Positions 23,726 through 37,414 of a stretch of 64,000 nt of DNA are shown piece by piece. The first letter of the stretch is position 1. Each line of letters begins with the position of its first letter. Under the pieces are notes generated by a model that had not been told where the DNA came from, made no database searches, and saw only the letters and a list, made by a program, of their open reading frames with translations. Both the position numbers and the translations under genes were made by a program. The DNA comes from Phoronis australis (taxonomy: Eukaryota; Animalia; Phoronida). Location: positions 15,257 through 79,256 of the forward strand of contig NMRA01000848.1 in NCBI GenBank assembly GCA_002633005.1. The letters run 5' to 3'.

Positions 23726-25107
23726 AAGAAAACACTGCTGACGTGACACCTTTTATCATTTCCTTCCAAAGCTCTGGCTGCTCTCCTGCGACATCCTAGA
23801 TCCACATGCGTGCAGCCTGTGTCAGAGCGTTGTTTCATAATGGTGCTTAGTTCTGTCAATGCACCATTGAATCTGCAACAGTTAGCAATAAGTACAACTA
23901 TCCAAAATTGAATTGTGACAAACCTAGTCATTTTTGTTGTGTAAGTTGAACAGCCAATAGGCTTTGAGAAAAACAAAAAAAACAAATTTGCATGAGCTGA
24001 GAGTGTGCTATTTGGGAATACTGACAGGGCTGTTGGTATACGTTCGTTCATGTTTATTACTGTATGCAGGCAGCATTAGTCATTTAGGTAAATAACCTGC
24101 TGGTTGGGACCGTGTATAAAACGACGTTAGAATGAAAGGGCCTTAACGATTAACACCAACATGGTGTAACTAATCTGGGTCCGCGTGAATCAGTGTTAGT
24201 ATTAGTATTAGTATTAGTAAGCGCAACAAATCGCAGGACAAAAACTGAACAGATGATGGAATTGTGTCTCTTCAAAATGATTCGGGTGTGATGTATGCTG
24301 ACTGAGATCAGTTACCCATCAGCAAATGCTCTAACCGTGTTTACGAGTCGCTGAACATTTCACAAACAGCACACTTACTGACTTATACTTGCCCATCGAA
24401 AGCCTTGTAAAACCTTCATGAGTTCGAACATTCAGTCTTGTCCTCATTGTTTCCCACCTACCGAACGAGTCCCTTAAACACACGCTTTATTGGTAATGCC
24501 GCTTTTTGTACTAGTTAACACGTCTTTTTCCCAATCTCGTAGAGCAGGTCGACCGCGTTTCGCCTGCGGAAGTTCACTAGACCTACTAGTCTCCACCATG
24601 TGTATTTCTGTTGACCTCAGTGGCTGGGCATGCGTTGTTGTAATGTTTAAATCTATGAAAATGGCCGGAATTTTTATTCTTTGTAAACATCTCTTCTGTT
24701 TGTAGTATTAACAGCGATTTTTTTCATTTTTGCACGTTTGCAAAGTTTATTACTTTTTGAACTTTATGGCATACCAAAAAACTGGTTAAAACGGCGTTAA
24801 GAGTTTTTTTTCGACTATAACTCGGACCATAGGCCCTTAACGGTGGCATTTGACCTAATGAATCCCCATTGAGGCTCCTGCATCTGTACTGTGAATGTCC
24901 ACCGGATTTAGGCGTATGCGCCCGACTGCGAAGCATTTGGGCAAAGGTCAAGCTGGTGACAGCGTCTCGGTATCTGGAAAGTTGAAAACGAACTGTGAAG
25001 CAAAAAAATCAGGTTGGACGCAGTGGTGTCGCTTTAAGTAGAGATGTGTCCCTGGCAATACGACATAGTTGTTTGTGCACTGACGGTGGACGAGGGGGGG
25101 GGGGGGG

Positions 25108-25145
25108 NNNNNNNNNNNNNNNNNNNNNNNNNNNNNNNNNNNNNN
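25108..25145. other. Assembly gap
   Basis: Run of N after a poly-G tract. Confidence 0.99.
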
Positions 25146-27514
25146 ACAAAAACACGAATGCACCTCCCAAACTGTTAAAATCGCATCAAGTATTTTTGTA
25201 TTTTGGGTTGCCGTTATGGCGATCACGTTGGTATAGTGGATTGGCATTTGGATGGCTGAACAAGATGTGAGGACTTTTCAGCTCATTGCATTGCTTGGCA
25301 AATTATGAGTTTCAAAACTTGATCATTGGTGATTATGTGATTTAGTACAGCTTTTCAAAACGACAAAAGGCGAATGTTTTCATGTCAGCTTACGTAACAC
25401 TTACTTGATAATGAATTGTGCGTCTCAAGTAACATTAAAAAATCAACAATTCGCTGACGCTGAACAAAACGTTGGGAAGCTATGCAGTTGTTCATGTAGG
25501 TAGGGTTCTTTCAGATCTATTCTCCAAAAAACTGAACAGTAAGCAATTTCGCATGCACCAGTCTTTGCGAAAGGTTCGTCTGTTTTTGTATGAAACTTAG
25601 TTATGAGATCAACAACGTGAAATCGCACATAACACCAAAAAATCCTTGAGATTGTGTGCGACTGGCGACGTCAGGGATAGTTCACGTGCGCTAAAGTACA
25701 TTGGTACTTGAATGTTCACGGTTTCAGCTCGACTAGCATAGAATTAATGTAAGTTTAGAGGTTGTGGATTCAAAACCTTGGTGAGACCATAAATCCCAAT
25801 ATCGGGGAAAGCGATCATACATTTTGTAGCATCTATTAAGCCAGCCGATTACTTGTAGCTGTACGTAAACTACGGAATAATGCGAGTTGCATGTATAAGA
25901 TTTACACATGTGAATAGATTTTGAAATTGCACGCCGCTTTGTTAATTCTGCTTGTCACCCCTTCATGAAACTACTGTGGGGTTGGCTGGGAGGTCACTCC
26001 AGTGAACTTGGACAATCATTCAGCAAGGTATTTAATTTCCATACACTCGGCTATAGGCCCTATACAAGAGACACTAGCCTTAGTGCAGTGCAACACATGC
26101 GCACACCCAGCCTTCAATATGGGATTTTGAATTCCTGACGTTGTGTACCTTTTGCTAACAAAAGAGCGGACGGACTAAAAAAAAAAAACGGAAGCACCAC
26201 TGTGAAGTGCGCGTTTGCGACTATTTAGTGGACTGTTGTCCCATTTTCTCGGACTTTTTGTCTCTAGGGTGCGGACCTTTTTTGCCCACTTCGCCAAATG
26301 GAGCGGGCTCTTTTGAGCCCCTCCCCGAGCCCCCCCCGGGTGCGCGCATGCAGTATAAATATAAATATAACTGTCGAATCAAAATTAAAAATACAATTAG
26401 TGCCATTAAAAGTACATGTAGACCTACCTTTTACTTAGAGTAAAATAAATTGACCTCCAATGCTAAAATTGATGTCATATCGTATTAATTTGTGAAGCGA
26501 AGCATTTGAGAGTCATGAAATAGAGTGCATCAAGGAGACAAGTTTTTGTTTCGCCGGCCAAGTGTTCTTTTTCAGCGAATCTTTCTGTAGATCACACGTT
26601 ACGTGGACTGGTTTCACGGCGTTACCATGAGTTTGATTTCATACGGCATATGCGTAACAATACAATTATTAAGAAGCTGTGAATAATTAGCTCACCCACC
26701 TTGTACAAAGGGAACCTCCGAATTTATACCATTGATTCCAGTCAGTGAATACACATTCCATTCACTATCCAACCCGAGCCATTTATATTTGCATGTTCCT
26801 ACATATCAGAATCTAAATGACAATGTCACTTTAACATAATCTAGGAATATCCAGCGCCGTTGTATTCATTGGAAATGTGTATATGTGAAAAAAAGATCTA
26901 CAAATGGGCGACCTTTCCACTAACGAAGTACCTCGCGGGCTCACATAGCCCGCATCATGCAGTGGTTATTCCCCAGCGCAGAGCAGAGCTCAGTCCAGTA
27001 CGACCATCTATACTCTCTGGTTTTCTTTCAGTTCAGGTACATCCGAGGGCCCTTCTTTTCATTTAGTAACTTAGATTCCCTCGGCACCGTGACAGTCTGT
27101 TAAGTTGTCGGATGCTCTAGGTTTACCATGTCACTTTTGCTACATAAATCTGAATTCTACAAATTAGATATTTACACAGTTTTAGGAAATGCCTGAATAC
27201 GGATTTATAGTTCCACATTGTGAAGGCTTGACAGTCGTTATGCAGAAACCCGCAGTAGTGTGGACTAATAGTAACGTACAATTTGCCTACACTATGTGGG
27301 CGCAGAGGGTGGCTTGCTCCTAGTTCAAATCTCTCGTGCCTGCCAGTGCATTTTAATCTTGGCTTCTTGTGTTGTAGTCAACGGACCCTTTTCCACTTTT
27401 CCTAAGTTTGGAGATTTTGCGTTACTGGTGTTCCGCTAAAATTCCTTAGCACAAAAATAAAACGCAATAACTCGCAACAATATCAAACTTCGCGCATGTT
27501 GATTGCAATTTGTT

Positions 27515-27692
27515 ATTGACCTATCGCAAGCTCCGTCCCCTTGCGTAAGGTCGACTAACAAACAATAAGTTTTACCCGGCAACGAGTTGTTTGTCATGTA
27601 AAATGGCGGCTTGGAAACAAAGGTGTGTCTATAATGCTGCCTTCTAAAAGACCGGTTAAGCCGTCACTCAAAATCCTGGCGATTGGTCAATT
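27515..27692 (+). mobile_element. MITE family A, copy 3
   Basis: ATTGACCTATCGCAAG ... GGCGATTGGTCAATT; homolog of 934-1111. Confidence 0.85.
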
Positions 27693-29533
27693 ATAAGGAG
27701 ATCAAATTTTCTGTGGCATAATTCCCTTACCGCCATCAAATCACGGTCCTAAACATGCTTGTCCAAATCATGGGCATACTGTAGCAGCCGACAACGAAAC
27801 CAGAACAATTCTGTTCCGTTGAAAATCCAACACACTACATGTTTTGAAGCATACAGCCACTCCAGATAGATACCATGTTAATACAAATCATACTGGATCT
27901 GCACCAAATGGAAACAAAATGGCATATTAGAGAAACGTAATGGCGATTTTGAGAACTAAACTTGAATATTTAAATGAAACGAACATTGGTCATGTTATTG
28001 ATTCCGTTGTCATGCTATCAACACGCCTTCCTTTTCGTTAAATTTCACTAAAATATATAACCATATGACCTTGTTAATGGCAGGTTGGTAAACGGTCAAA
28101 AGATAAATTTAATCGGCTTCCTTCGTTCAGAAATATATTTTTTCAATTTTAATGCACAGCTCTTTAAACAGTTGGCTAAATACGCAGACTTGTCGGTATT
28201 GTATTACACAGTCCTAAACTATGTCCCAAGATTTTGAGGCCTATAGTTGATCATGTCAGACAACCTGTGCTCTCCGTTGTGTAGTCCCATTGCATGTGTC
28301 CACGCAATAGTCACCCGCTAAATGCTTTGTCATGGCTGTGACATGAGATATCTGTACGACGAAATTGCTATGTCGCTTGTTTGAATGATTTGTAAAATAC
28401 TCACAAGCTTTACGGTGTCCCTATATTTTGTCCGTAAACAGTCTCATCATATTAAATGACCTTCCCTGCTGTTCATTGCAGAGTCAGTATAAGCGCACTG
28501 CCGTGTCAAGCTTCCCATTATGCAAAAAGTGAGAAACTATAGAACATAAAGTTCGCTGAAAGTGATCACAATGTATGAAAAAGTACATATAAACACTTGA
28601 AATAAATAGACTGAGGGTAATCATTTAAAGGTGTACTGCTGAGCTTTTAAATGGGTGGCGATAAATGAATATCTGGCCAACTTGAAAAATGAGACCCATG
28701 TTTAAAGGAGTACCTCGACTCATTTCCATACCTATTGAACGAGATCTTTAAAACACGACCCATTTAACATCTCTTCATCATCTGACTAGCAACACCTTTA
28801 ATATCGATTCAGAATACTAGCCTTGATTCGGAGAGGTTTATTATTACTTGATAACAAATGTCTAGTAATATACCCGAGTGGATGAATTTCTCTCAATAAT
28901 TTTTGAACGGAAGGCTACAATGTAGATGCATTAATTTGAAGTTCCAAGTGCACTTCGGAGGAAAGCTGATACAGGCTCGTAATGAAGATCCGTTACTATT
29001 CCCGCGTTGTTTCCTAATGGCGTAATTTTCAACGCGCTTCCTTTTCGACAGCCAATCACAAAGTTTTAGTATATAGTGCCCCGGTATTTTTTTAAGCAGA
29101 GTTTTTGTGCGAGATTGCATTAGCGTCTCAGTATCGCACCATGTTTAAATTGCATCGCCACATAAGCGTCTCAGTGGCGTGGGATGGTTGGGGATTTAAA
29201 GTCGAAGGCAACCTTTTTCCATGTCATTTTGAGCTAAAATAAGGTTGTTTGGTTATCCTAGACATATTTTCCACTTAATTACAGCTTTTCGTAATTTCAT
29301 AAATTACTCGTCCCCTACTCTGGAAGTGACGTTTTAGGAGGTACGCGTTTCCCGCCACTTGGTTTTGCGTTGACTTTACCGTTCGAATCTGTTCTATTCT
29401 ACTTTTGTTTTGTGCTATTTTTCAAAAATTGTCGCCACCACTTTCCATCGGCGAGTATTCTGCGGCAAGATAGGTTAGTAGAAAACTCAATTACGTTGGA
29501 TTTAGGGATTGTTTAGTGTGTTGTAAGCTGAAA

Positions 29534-29830
29534 ATGGCTGGAGTCGGTGACCCGTATCACAGTAACAGTAGTGTAAGTGACGGAGACCTTATTCACAGCA
29601 GTGGTGACGAGGAATTTTTTCACGGACATTCAGTTGGTGGGTACGTGTTTGAGCCCGAGTATAACGAGGCAGAGTACGCACAGGCACAGGCAGCTGTTGA
29701 GAGAAACGAGGCGGCTACTGAGGACAGACGTGGTGACACATCTTGGTGCAAATGCACTGTGTGCGTTGTTATGCGTACCTCAATGGAATGCTTGTGCTGT
29801 TCAGAGTTCGACGAGGCCAAACCACTACTG
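29534..29830 (+). pseudogene. Truncated KolX-like protein (P2X7 ballast-like Cys cluster)
   Basis: YVFEPEY...WCKCTVCVVM...ECLCCSE; cut off at the internal deletion. Confidence 0.75.
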
Positions 29831-30613
29831 GACATGGTTAAGTGGACCTCCGGCATACCACGGACAGAGGAACAACTGTCCCACTTGGCAGAGTGTCCCG
29901 CGACACACTCCCACTGGATGGTGACCTGAGCACCCAAACTGCTTACATCGTGTCGTCACACACTTGGCACCTTCTAAATAGCTCCAACACTTTAGACAAG
30001 TCCACAATAAACTTATCAAAGTTTGGCTCACCGATCTGTTCACTGTACGACGAACTGTCCTCTTCATTGGGTGTCGAACTGAGCCTGTAATCACTCCCAC
30101 TACTCAATATCACTGCAGGGCTGCTTAGAGGCTCTGGGCTGGAGAAAACAGCACAGGGCGAATCACTACTGGTTCCAGGAATTGCACGCTCTGGGGTACG
30201 TTTGGAGGCACGGGTGACAGTAGATGAAGTGCCTCCACTGGCTCCAGTCACTGTACTGGCCACAGTTCGCGAGGCTTCTCGCTTCAAAAACGCACTTCTC
30301 GGGGGTGGCGACGGGGCACTGACGGGAATCAACACAGACGGAATGGCATCCTTCTTCAGACGTTGTTTCGCAGGGACCTTCATCAGTTCAGCGTAAAAAA
30401 AACTTTCGTAATCGGACGGCAGAAAGTGCTTGCCACACACACGGTTATTCTCCACTGCTTTGTACGTTGCGTGGACGGGTAGCGCTGCGTTCTTCACACG
30501 AACGAGCCAAGTACGGCAAGTGTGTCATCCATCGGAAAGCGATGCAAAGGTACTCCCAAAGCGCGCGTGAGCCGATAATTAGTACATCCTGGTACGCAGC
30601 AACAGTGTGGCAT
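29830..30613 (-). pseudogene. Frameshifted THAP-domain transposase N-terminus
   Basis: MPHCCCVPGCTN...LHRFP (frameshift) W...RVCGKHF...LKKDAIPS, then FIV...L.LF..C..C and W.C..GH..KW.S; the catalytic region is deleted. Confidence 0.85.
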
Positions 30614-31636
30614 GCTGACTGACTAGTAAATGAAAGCAAACGACGACGGAATTTAACACAACCGAGGTAGTACAATGACTGACTCGGCAGCTCTCGCAGT
30701 CAGACTATATGAAAAGAAATTGGCGCGAAATGCTTCCCTCCTAAAACGTCACTTCCGGAGTAGCGGACGAGTAATTAATAAAATTACGAAAAGCTGTAAT
30801 TAAATGAAAAATGTGTCTGGGATAACCAACCAACCTTATTCTAGCTCAAAATGACATGGAAAAAGGTTGCCTTCGCCTTTAAACCTGTTTACCAGGGTAG
30901 TGGGAGGTTTGAAATTTGTGCTGACACAAGGTGCAGCTCAAAAAATTTAACACAGGTAGCTAGACACTTGTGTCGACAGATGGGCAATATGTGCCAAACA
31001 TTCACATTACCAAGTATAGCTCACGACCCCAGAAACCGTAGCACAGACTACACACTAAGCGCATTGCAGGCGAAGGGAAGGCGTTCATGTGATGAACTAA
31101 TCTTTTGCTTGATATCTCCAGTATTCTTATTGAAACTATTCTCATTTTATACACTGATCGTCTCCCATTTGTCCTCCAAGATTTGTAACATGTCGTATCA
31201 AAATATACTCGTCTGCAATGATAAGCCCCATTGTAGGAGACGAGGACATGCCAGTGGGATAGTTATGACAAAGTTCATGTAAGCCTTTTTGAAAGCACGA
31301 TCCTAGCTAATCCTCCAAAAGCAATCACAATAGTGCTCATTCATCTCAAGTGCCTGTCAACTGAGCTGCCATGGGTTTAAACACTAATTATTGATATACT
31401 GTAAAACAATGATTACACCACCTGTGTTGGATTTCCCAACTATAAGGCCAGATACGAGAAAGGATATTGTATACCCTTTATTCCAATTCCTTTTAGAGAG
31501 TAATGCAAAGGCAAGATATATGTTGCGTTTGAAAACAAACTAAAGTTCCTGGAATACAGAAAAGATCAAATCAAAACCTAGCGCTAATTGTCTCACGGAG
31601 ATTGACAACAACAACCGCACACTCCGAGTACAAAAA

Positions 31637-31730
31637 ATGCGACGTATGCGAAGATTCCTGTTGTTGGACGTAGTTGTGTTGTGTGCTCGACTCTTCCTGC
31701 ACCCGGCACTATTTTCAAGGGCCACAGATG
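31637..31730 (+). CDS. WSC-kringle gene, exon 1 (signal peptide)
   Basis: MRRMRRFLLLDVVVLCARLFLHPALFSRATD|gtgagt, phase 1. Confidence 0.75.
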
Positions 31731-32594
31731 GTGAGTGTTGTTAGATTAGTGCTTCTTGAGTGGCAACGGTGCAATATAGCGATTTACAAATTGCTTTTGT
31801 TCCGTTTGCCTCCGCGCTACACCTGTACACAAATGTATGTTTTCATGATGTTCCACCATTGTTCACGCCACGCATAACTGGTGACGGCTTTTTAGAGGCT
31901 TTCAGTGAATCGTTTTGCATCACAAAACGTATCGTAAGATCATGTTGACGAATTGATGCATATGCATCTCAGTTACAGCGATACGTTATCATTCGGCACA
32001 ACGTGAAGGAAATTGACCAAAATTAAATATGTTCAAATTTGAACTCAGCAACACTTTTACTGGTTCCTATGTACATTTTTATTACTTATTCCCCCATACG
32101 TTTAGAAAATCAGTTTTTTACATACTTCAAAGAAATTGTGATCCTTTAAGTTTTCCTCTTACATCTGCGACGGAAGAAAGCAGAGTCTCAAAAGAGAAAT
32201 ATTTACGTCACAAAGAGTCTCTTAAGGTTGAATGTAGCCTACTCGATGCAGTTCCTATGTCATATCAGCACCGTGGGATGGGAACGTCATAAATCATACC
32301 CGGGAAAATTTCAACTAACACCTTGTCATTGAAATTGTGCATGCCGTCTTTTTACAGTGACACTTGCACACGTGATGCAAGGTTCCACCACTTCAGATGT
32401 GCACTACAGTATATCTTATTTTGTTGTCCACTTTCTTCTGCTGACTTTTGCACGTTTATTCTTGCCTTCTTCATTCTTGTTCTGTGAATCCAGTAATAAG
32501 GGCAAATTGCATTGGTGGTTTTGCTGTTACAGTTGAAATAAAAGTTGTTAATATGACTTTCATGTACATGTATGTCGAATTTCGGTTTGTTTAG

Positions 32595-32722
32595 TCGGCC
32601 GACCATGGTTTTTACCAGAAGGCTGTTACGAGAATAAGATGGCTGGCTTTGACCTCAACCTGCCAATTGACTTCATCAACCATGAGCAGTGCCGACTGCT
32701 GTGCTCGCGATATGACGGAGCG
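32595..32722 (+). CDS. WSC-kringle gene, exon 2 (WSC1 N-half)
   Basis: tag|GRPWFLPEGCYENKMAGFDLNLPIDFINHEQCRLLCSRYDGA|gtaagt, phase 1-0. Confidence 0.85.
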
Positions 32723-32969
32723 GTAAGTGCAAGTTTTGCTTATGAGAACTGAACGCAAGTGTGAACCTTAAAAAATATACAAAATATTTTTAATAAATAT
32801 AATACCCAAAATTAAGCAAATGTTGAAATTATAAATACCCCACTCGAGTAGATCTTTGATTTGATCGCGATGTTTTTTTTATGTTTAGGCTTTCAAACTT
32901 GCCCAATCGACTGCCTGAATTTCAAAAAACGGAAAAGCCAGCCGAGCTCACAGCCCAACCCATTGGTCC

Positions 32970-33673
32970 CACAGGCGTCTTCAGCTTCTAATGGTCCCCA
33001 ATACACTACATAATACTACTAGGTATGACACTCTGGACTAGAAATTCTAAGGGTGCTTCACATCAGCCGTCCATAGCAAACACAAAACCCAATAAATTTA
33101 CATAAAACAGAAATTCAACAAACCATGAGGAATTGTTCTTTCTCACAATACCATTTACAGTGTCCTGCTCTACCGAGTTCGGAAGAAATTAGCAGTCAAA
33201 GCACAAAAATCTTCCCAAAAAGCTCGTCCGGAGCAACTCCCTGGTTCCAGGCGAAGGGTACGGAATTATCCGATGAGTTACGGATGAACGGTAATTGCCG
33301 ACTCATCACGGAAAGTCACGGCATCGCTAAATTGGCAATAGCCGTTCATCAGCAACTCATCGGATAATTCCGCACTCTTCGCGTGGGACCAGGGAGTTGC
33401 TCCAGACTAGCTTTTAGGGAAGATTTTTGTGCTTTGAGCGCGAATTTCTTAAGAACTCTGTGGAGCAGGACACCTTAAATGGTATTGGGAGAAAGAACAA
33501 TTGCTCATGGTTTCTTGGACCTCTATTTTGTGTAAATATATTGAGTTCTACAGTTGTATGTTTGTTAAAGACGGCTGAAGTGAAGCACCCGTGGAATCTC
33601 TAGTATTGAATGTCATACCTTGTAGTATTTTATATAGTGTATTGGGAACGATCAGAAGCTGAGGACGCCTGTG
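32970..33673. mobile_element. ~700-bp foldback MITE with 8-bp target-site duplication
   Basis: Inverted symmetry over nearly the whole length; TIR CACAGGCGTC(T/C)TCAGCTTCT; flanks ATTGGTCC / ATTGGCCC. Confidence 0.9.
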
Positions 33674-33980
33674 ATTGGCCCTACAAGTCAACACTTGTTC
33701 TATGTTTAGATCGTGGGGGTCGAGCGGTGTGGGGGTCGAAAGAGTTTCAGAACAATACATGATTCAGACAAGCAAATATGATAATGATATTTTAGGAAAA
33801 ATATTCACCTTTCAGAAAATAAATATTTTGTAAGGGTTACAGCTACATGTAACAGACTTAAAGATATTTGCACATAAGTAATACCTGGTAAAGAAGGTTC
33901 ACAATAACCTTTAGTGCGAAAACTTTCGTTTTTAACGAAAAACTGTTCACAACACGAAGATTGTTGGTAGTCGGGCATTG

Positions 33981-36896
33981 TAGGCCATAGTCCATTCGAC
34001 TCTAGGAAGCCTAGAAAATCACTTCCGTGGCCACTTTTTCGGGGTAAGATAATTTTGGAGTTTTTAAGGTCATTAAGTACTATACTTTAAGAATTTAAAA
34101 AGTCCCCAAGGTTTGACTTGCGCGTTTTCGAGAAATGTGACCTCAAAATCTGACTTATTGCATAATTTACCACAGAAAACCAATCTTCAAAAACCAACAA
34201 CACTAGACAAAAACTGAATAATTTGATTGGGATTTGTTCGTTTGAAGATACTGAACAAAAATGTTATATATTATGATAATAGGTGGAAAATTGCTCAAAA
34301 AAGAAAAANGAAGATTGTTGGCAGTCGGGCATTGTAGGCCATAGTCCATTCGACTCCAGGAAGCCTAGAAAATCACTTCCGTGGCCACTTTTTCGGGGTA
34401 AGATAATTTTGGAGTTTTTAAGGTCATTAAGTACTATACTTTATTGCATAATTTACCACAGAAAACCAATCTTCAAAAACCAACAACACTAGACAAAAAC
34501 TGAATAATTTGATTGGGATTTGTTCGTTTGAAGATACTGAACAAAAATGTTATATATTATGATAATAGGTGGAAAATTGCTCAAAAAAGAAAAACAAGAA
34601 ATATTTTAGAAGCGCTTCCTGGTGGCCAGAAAATATACTACAATATTTTGATCTGCCAAAAAAACAAATACTATTAAACATTTGGATGGAACTTGATGTA
34701 AATTTGATATCACAACCTACATAACAATATACATTTCCAACACTTCTGCAACAAATTCACTGTCACCACTTTTATTAATTGTCACAATTAATTATCATTA
34801 TCCACACTGCTGTTCAATGTCATCTGTCACAGGGAAAGACACACCCAACAGTCACCACAATCACCAGCATGATTAAATGTTGTCAATATTTTCCATTAGG
34901 TTGCAAATTTAAAGTTCTTTAACAACATAGCATACACCCATTATGATTCTTCATCCACTTTACCAACTTTAATGGCAAAGAAAAAGTTTTAAAAATCTCT
35001 GCAAGCCTGCATCCTACTAAAAAGTAAAAAAGTTTTCACAGCCTGAATACCGTTTCATCTAAACACCTTGTTACAATATAGAAATAGATAACCAAAATGC
35101 TCTTCACCTTAGCGCACACTATGGCAACAACTGAAATTTAATTTCGTCTAAGTGCTCAGCGAAAATCATTCAGAGAAATGTGTGTCATTATTAGCAATGA
35201 TTGCACTGTGCAACTGCCTTCAAACAATTTAAAACATAGAAACATTTTGATCATCCTTTATACAGTAGCTCAGCCTTTGAAAATACTGAGAGGAATGGTT
35301 ATGTTGGCAATAGTTCTGCTTGAAATTGAAAATCGTCTTCTTTACCGTAGAGCTAGAATTGCATTTGACTTTCTGTTTTGAATTATAATTGGAAGAGTAA
35401 ACGTTTTCCTTCGCTGAAAACTCCAATTCAACAATATTCAAAACGTGAGATACTGAAATCTGCGCAACATTTGAATTTTCAAGATAAATGAATTACAAAA
35501 CGCAGGTAATATTTCCATTTTTACATTTCTCAAATTCCAAGCACTGCTCATGATTTTACATAAAAGGGTCTCAAAATAGGCTTAAAAATTCATAAAAACA
35601 GTGCCGATCACCCACATGTAGGTAAAAACTACTGCCAGTACATTTGAGATTGAGACGACTATTATCACAAATTTATCAAGCAAAATAATTTTTGTAGTGT
35701 GACCTAAACTAAAGATTATTTACCTTTAATGACACCTTTTCAAAGTTAAGAATAGGTAGGCCTATTTACAATTGAATGTTTGGAACTGGGATAGGTTTTC
35801 AACTTTTCTTTTGTTTTTTGGCAAATGGTTCATTGTGGTGGCGAGACATATACGGTATATCTCTTTGAGCACTGTTAATGTACATGTTACAGACAGTGAC
35901 AATCTCTTTAATTTTCTCGTAGGCTCAACATTATTTCCATCATCAGCTTGGTCTCTTTTTCTTTTTTAAGAGCTCTTTCAATTTTTGTTATATCCGTTAA
36001 GTGTCTGTAACACTGCTTGTGATGGAAGCATGCTGGCACCTAGCTCAAAAAATGGGGGCTCGCGTTTTTGAGAATGTGGACATTTATTAAGATTCACGGG
36101 GTACTTCAGAGCTACAAAAATTATCAGCAATGATACTTCTTTTGCACTCAGTGCTGATACGTTTGTTTGCAGTAGCCTTAGACCAGGTAATATCTAAAAA
36201 TTCCAGCTCAGAAATTAGAGCATAACCTGACACATGAATTCTACAAGGGACAGATATCTTGCCAGGCTATTGTGAAGTCGCACACTCGTTCAATAATTCA
36301 TGGTTTCAGCTGAGTCCTAGCTGTCCCAAAATTGTTCTTTGCGAAACACAAAATGATTCAAGAATGTGCCAAGAATTATTTCAGTACGATGACACTCGTG
36401 GCCACTTGATTTGGTTTTCCTCAATTCCTAACTGCTGCTTGCTAGTTTTTGAGTCTTGGTCCTCAGTAATTGTCAATTCCACTGTACTTGCACACCCATC
36501 CAAGAATTGATACTATCCAATGTAGTCAGTTGCAGTAAACAAGCTAGCTAAGGCAGCAGGATAACATCTGCTGACTGTCCTCTGATGAAGGTTTTCATGC
36601 CAAGCAGACGACTTTTGAAGGGGAAAGGTATGGACACAATGTTTTTCTGGCATTTGATCGGTTGTTCGGATCATTTTGCACTGACACCTGGTACCTAACA
36701 CGTTAGTTGAGGTTATATATTTCAACTTCTAAAATTAAATTAAAATTCTAATTAAACGTGCAAGTGTATTCTTGGGAACTTTTTTGAAATTGACTTTTGA
36801 CCACCTGTAGATGAGTTTAATGCAAAGTTATCGTTGCCCCCAGAAAGTGGCCACGGAGGTGAAAGATACATGTAGGAGAGCTGGGACTATGGCTTA
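33981..36896. mobile_element. Non-autonomous TIR element, Academ-like termini
   Basis: TAGGCCATAGTCC...CCGTGGCCACTTT at left, AAAGTGGCCACGG...GGACTATGGCTTA at right, TTG on both flanks. The left end is duplicated across the N at 34309. Confidence 0.6.
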
Positions 36897-37012
36897 TTGT
36901 TCTAATTCTGAATGTGGTCGATGCTGACGTTGTTGTTGACTTGTTACACATGACACCTATGGGGAATTCGTTGATTAAGGTTGCCATTAAATACAACTAT
37001 TTTTAACTATAG

Positions 37013-37181
37013 CACATGGCTGGTATACTGAATGCAAAAAAATGCAACTGCTTTCGGCATTCATTAGAATACGAAAACTATCGAACATACATGAGCGAGT
37101 GCACAAGTCAATGTAAAAAGTCGCCGCACCAGAATTGCGGAGGACCCGAGCATGTGATCTTAATGGATGTAATTCATAAAG
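37013..37181 (+). CDS. WSC-kringle gene, exon 3 (WSC1 C-half)
   Basis: tag|HMAGILNAKKCNCF...SECTSQCKKSPHQNCGGPEHVILMDVIHK|gtatgt, phase 0-1. Confidence 0.88.
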
Positions 37182-37414
37182 GTATGTTTACTTTAATCCC
37201 TTAACAGTTTTGTTCGTTTTCCCTTTTTAAACTCACGTTTTGCCAAGTTATTCAACTGACTGTGGTGTATACTACAGGCACCATCCTACTTGTGATATCA
37301 GTCTAAAACCGATCTTCCAATAGTTCAATAAGTAGCACGATGACTATACAACTTATAACGATAGACACTCAGAATATGCTCACTTCAAGCAGGTTACATT
37401 TAATTTTAGTTAAT

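Larger units (their letters stand above)
29200..30878. mobile_element. Internally deleted Kolobok DNA transposon
   Basis: TTAA on both sides (29196-29199, 30879-30882), ~160-bp TIRs starting AG(T/G)CGAAGGCAACC, and two convergent truncated ORFs (THAP-transposase and Cys-rich partner). Confidence 0.88.

Noticed and set aside
25715-25790. tRNA-like B-box segments (also ~27300-27345)
   Set aside because: No cloverleaf can be formed; at most decayed SINE heads.
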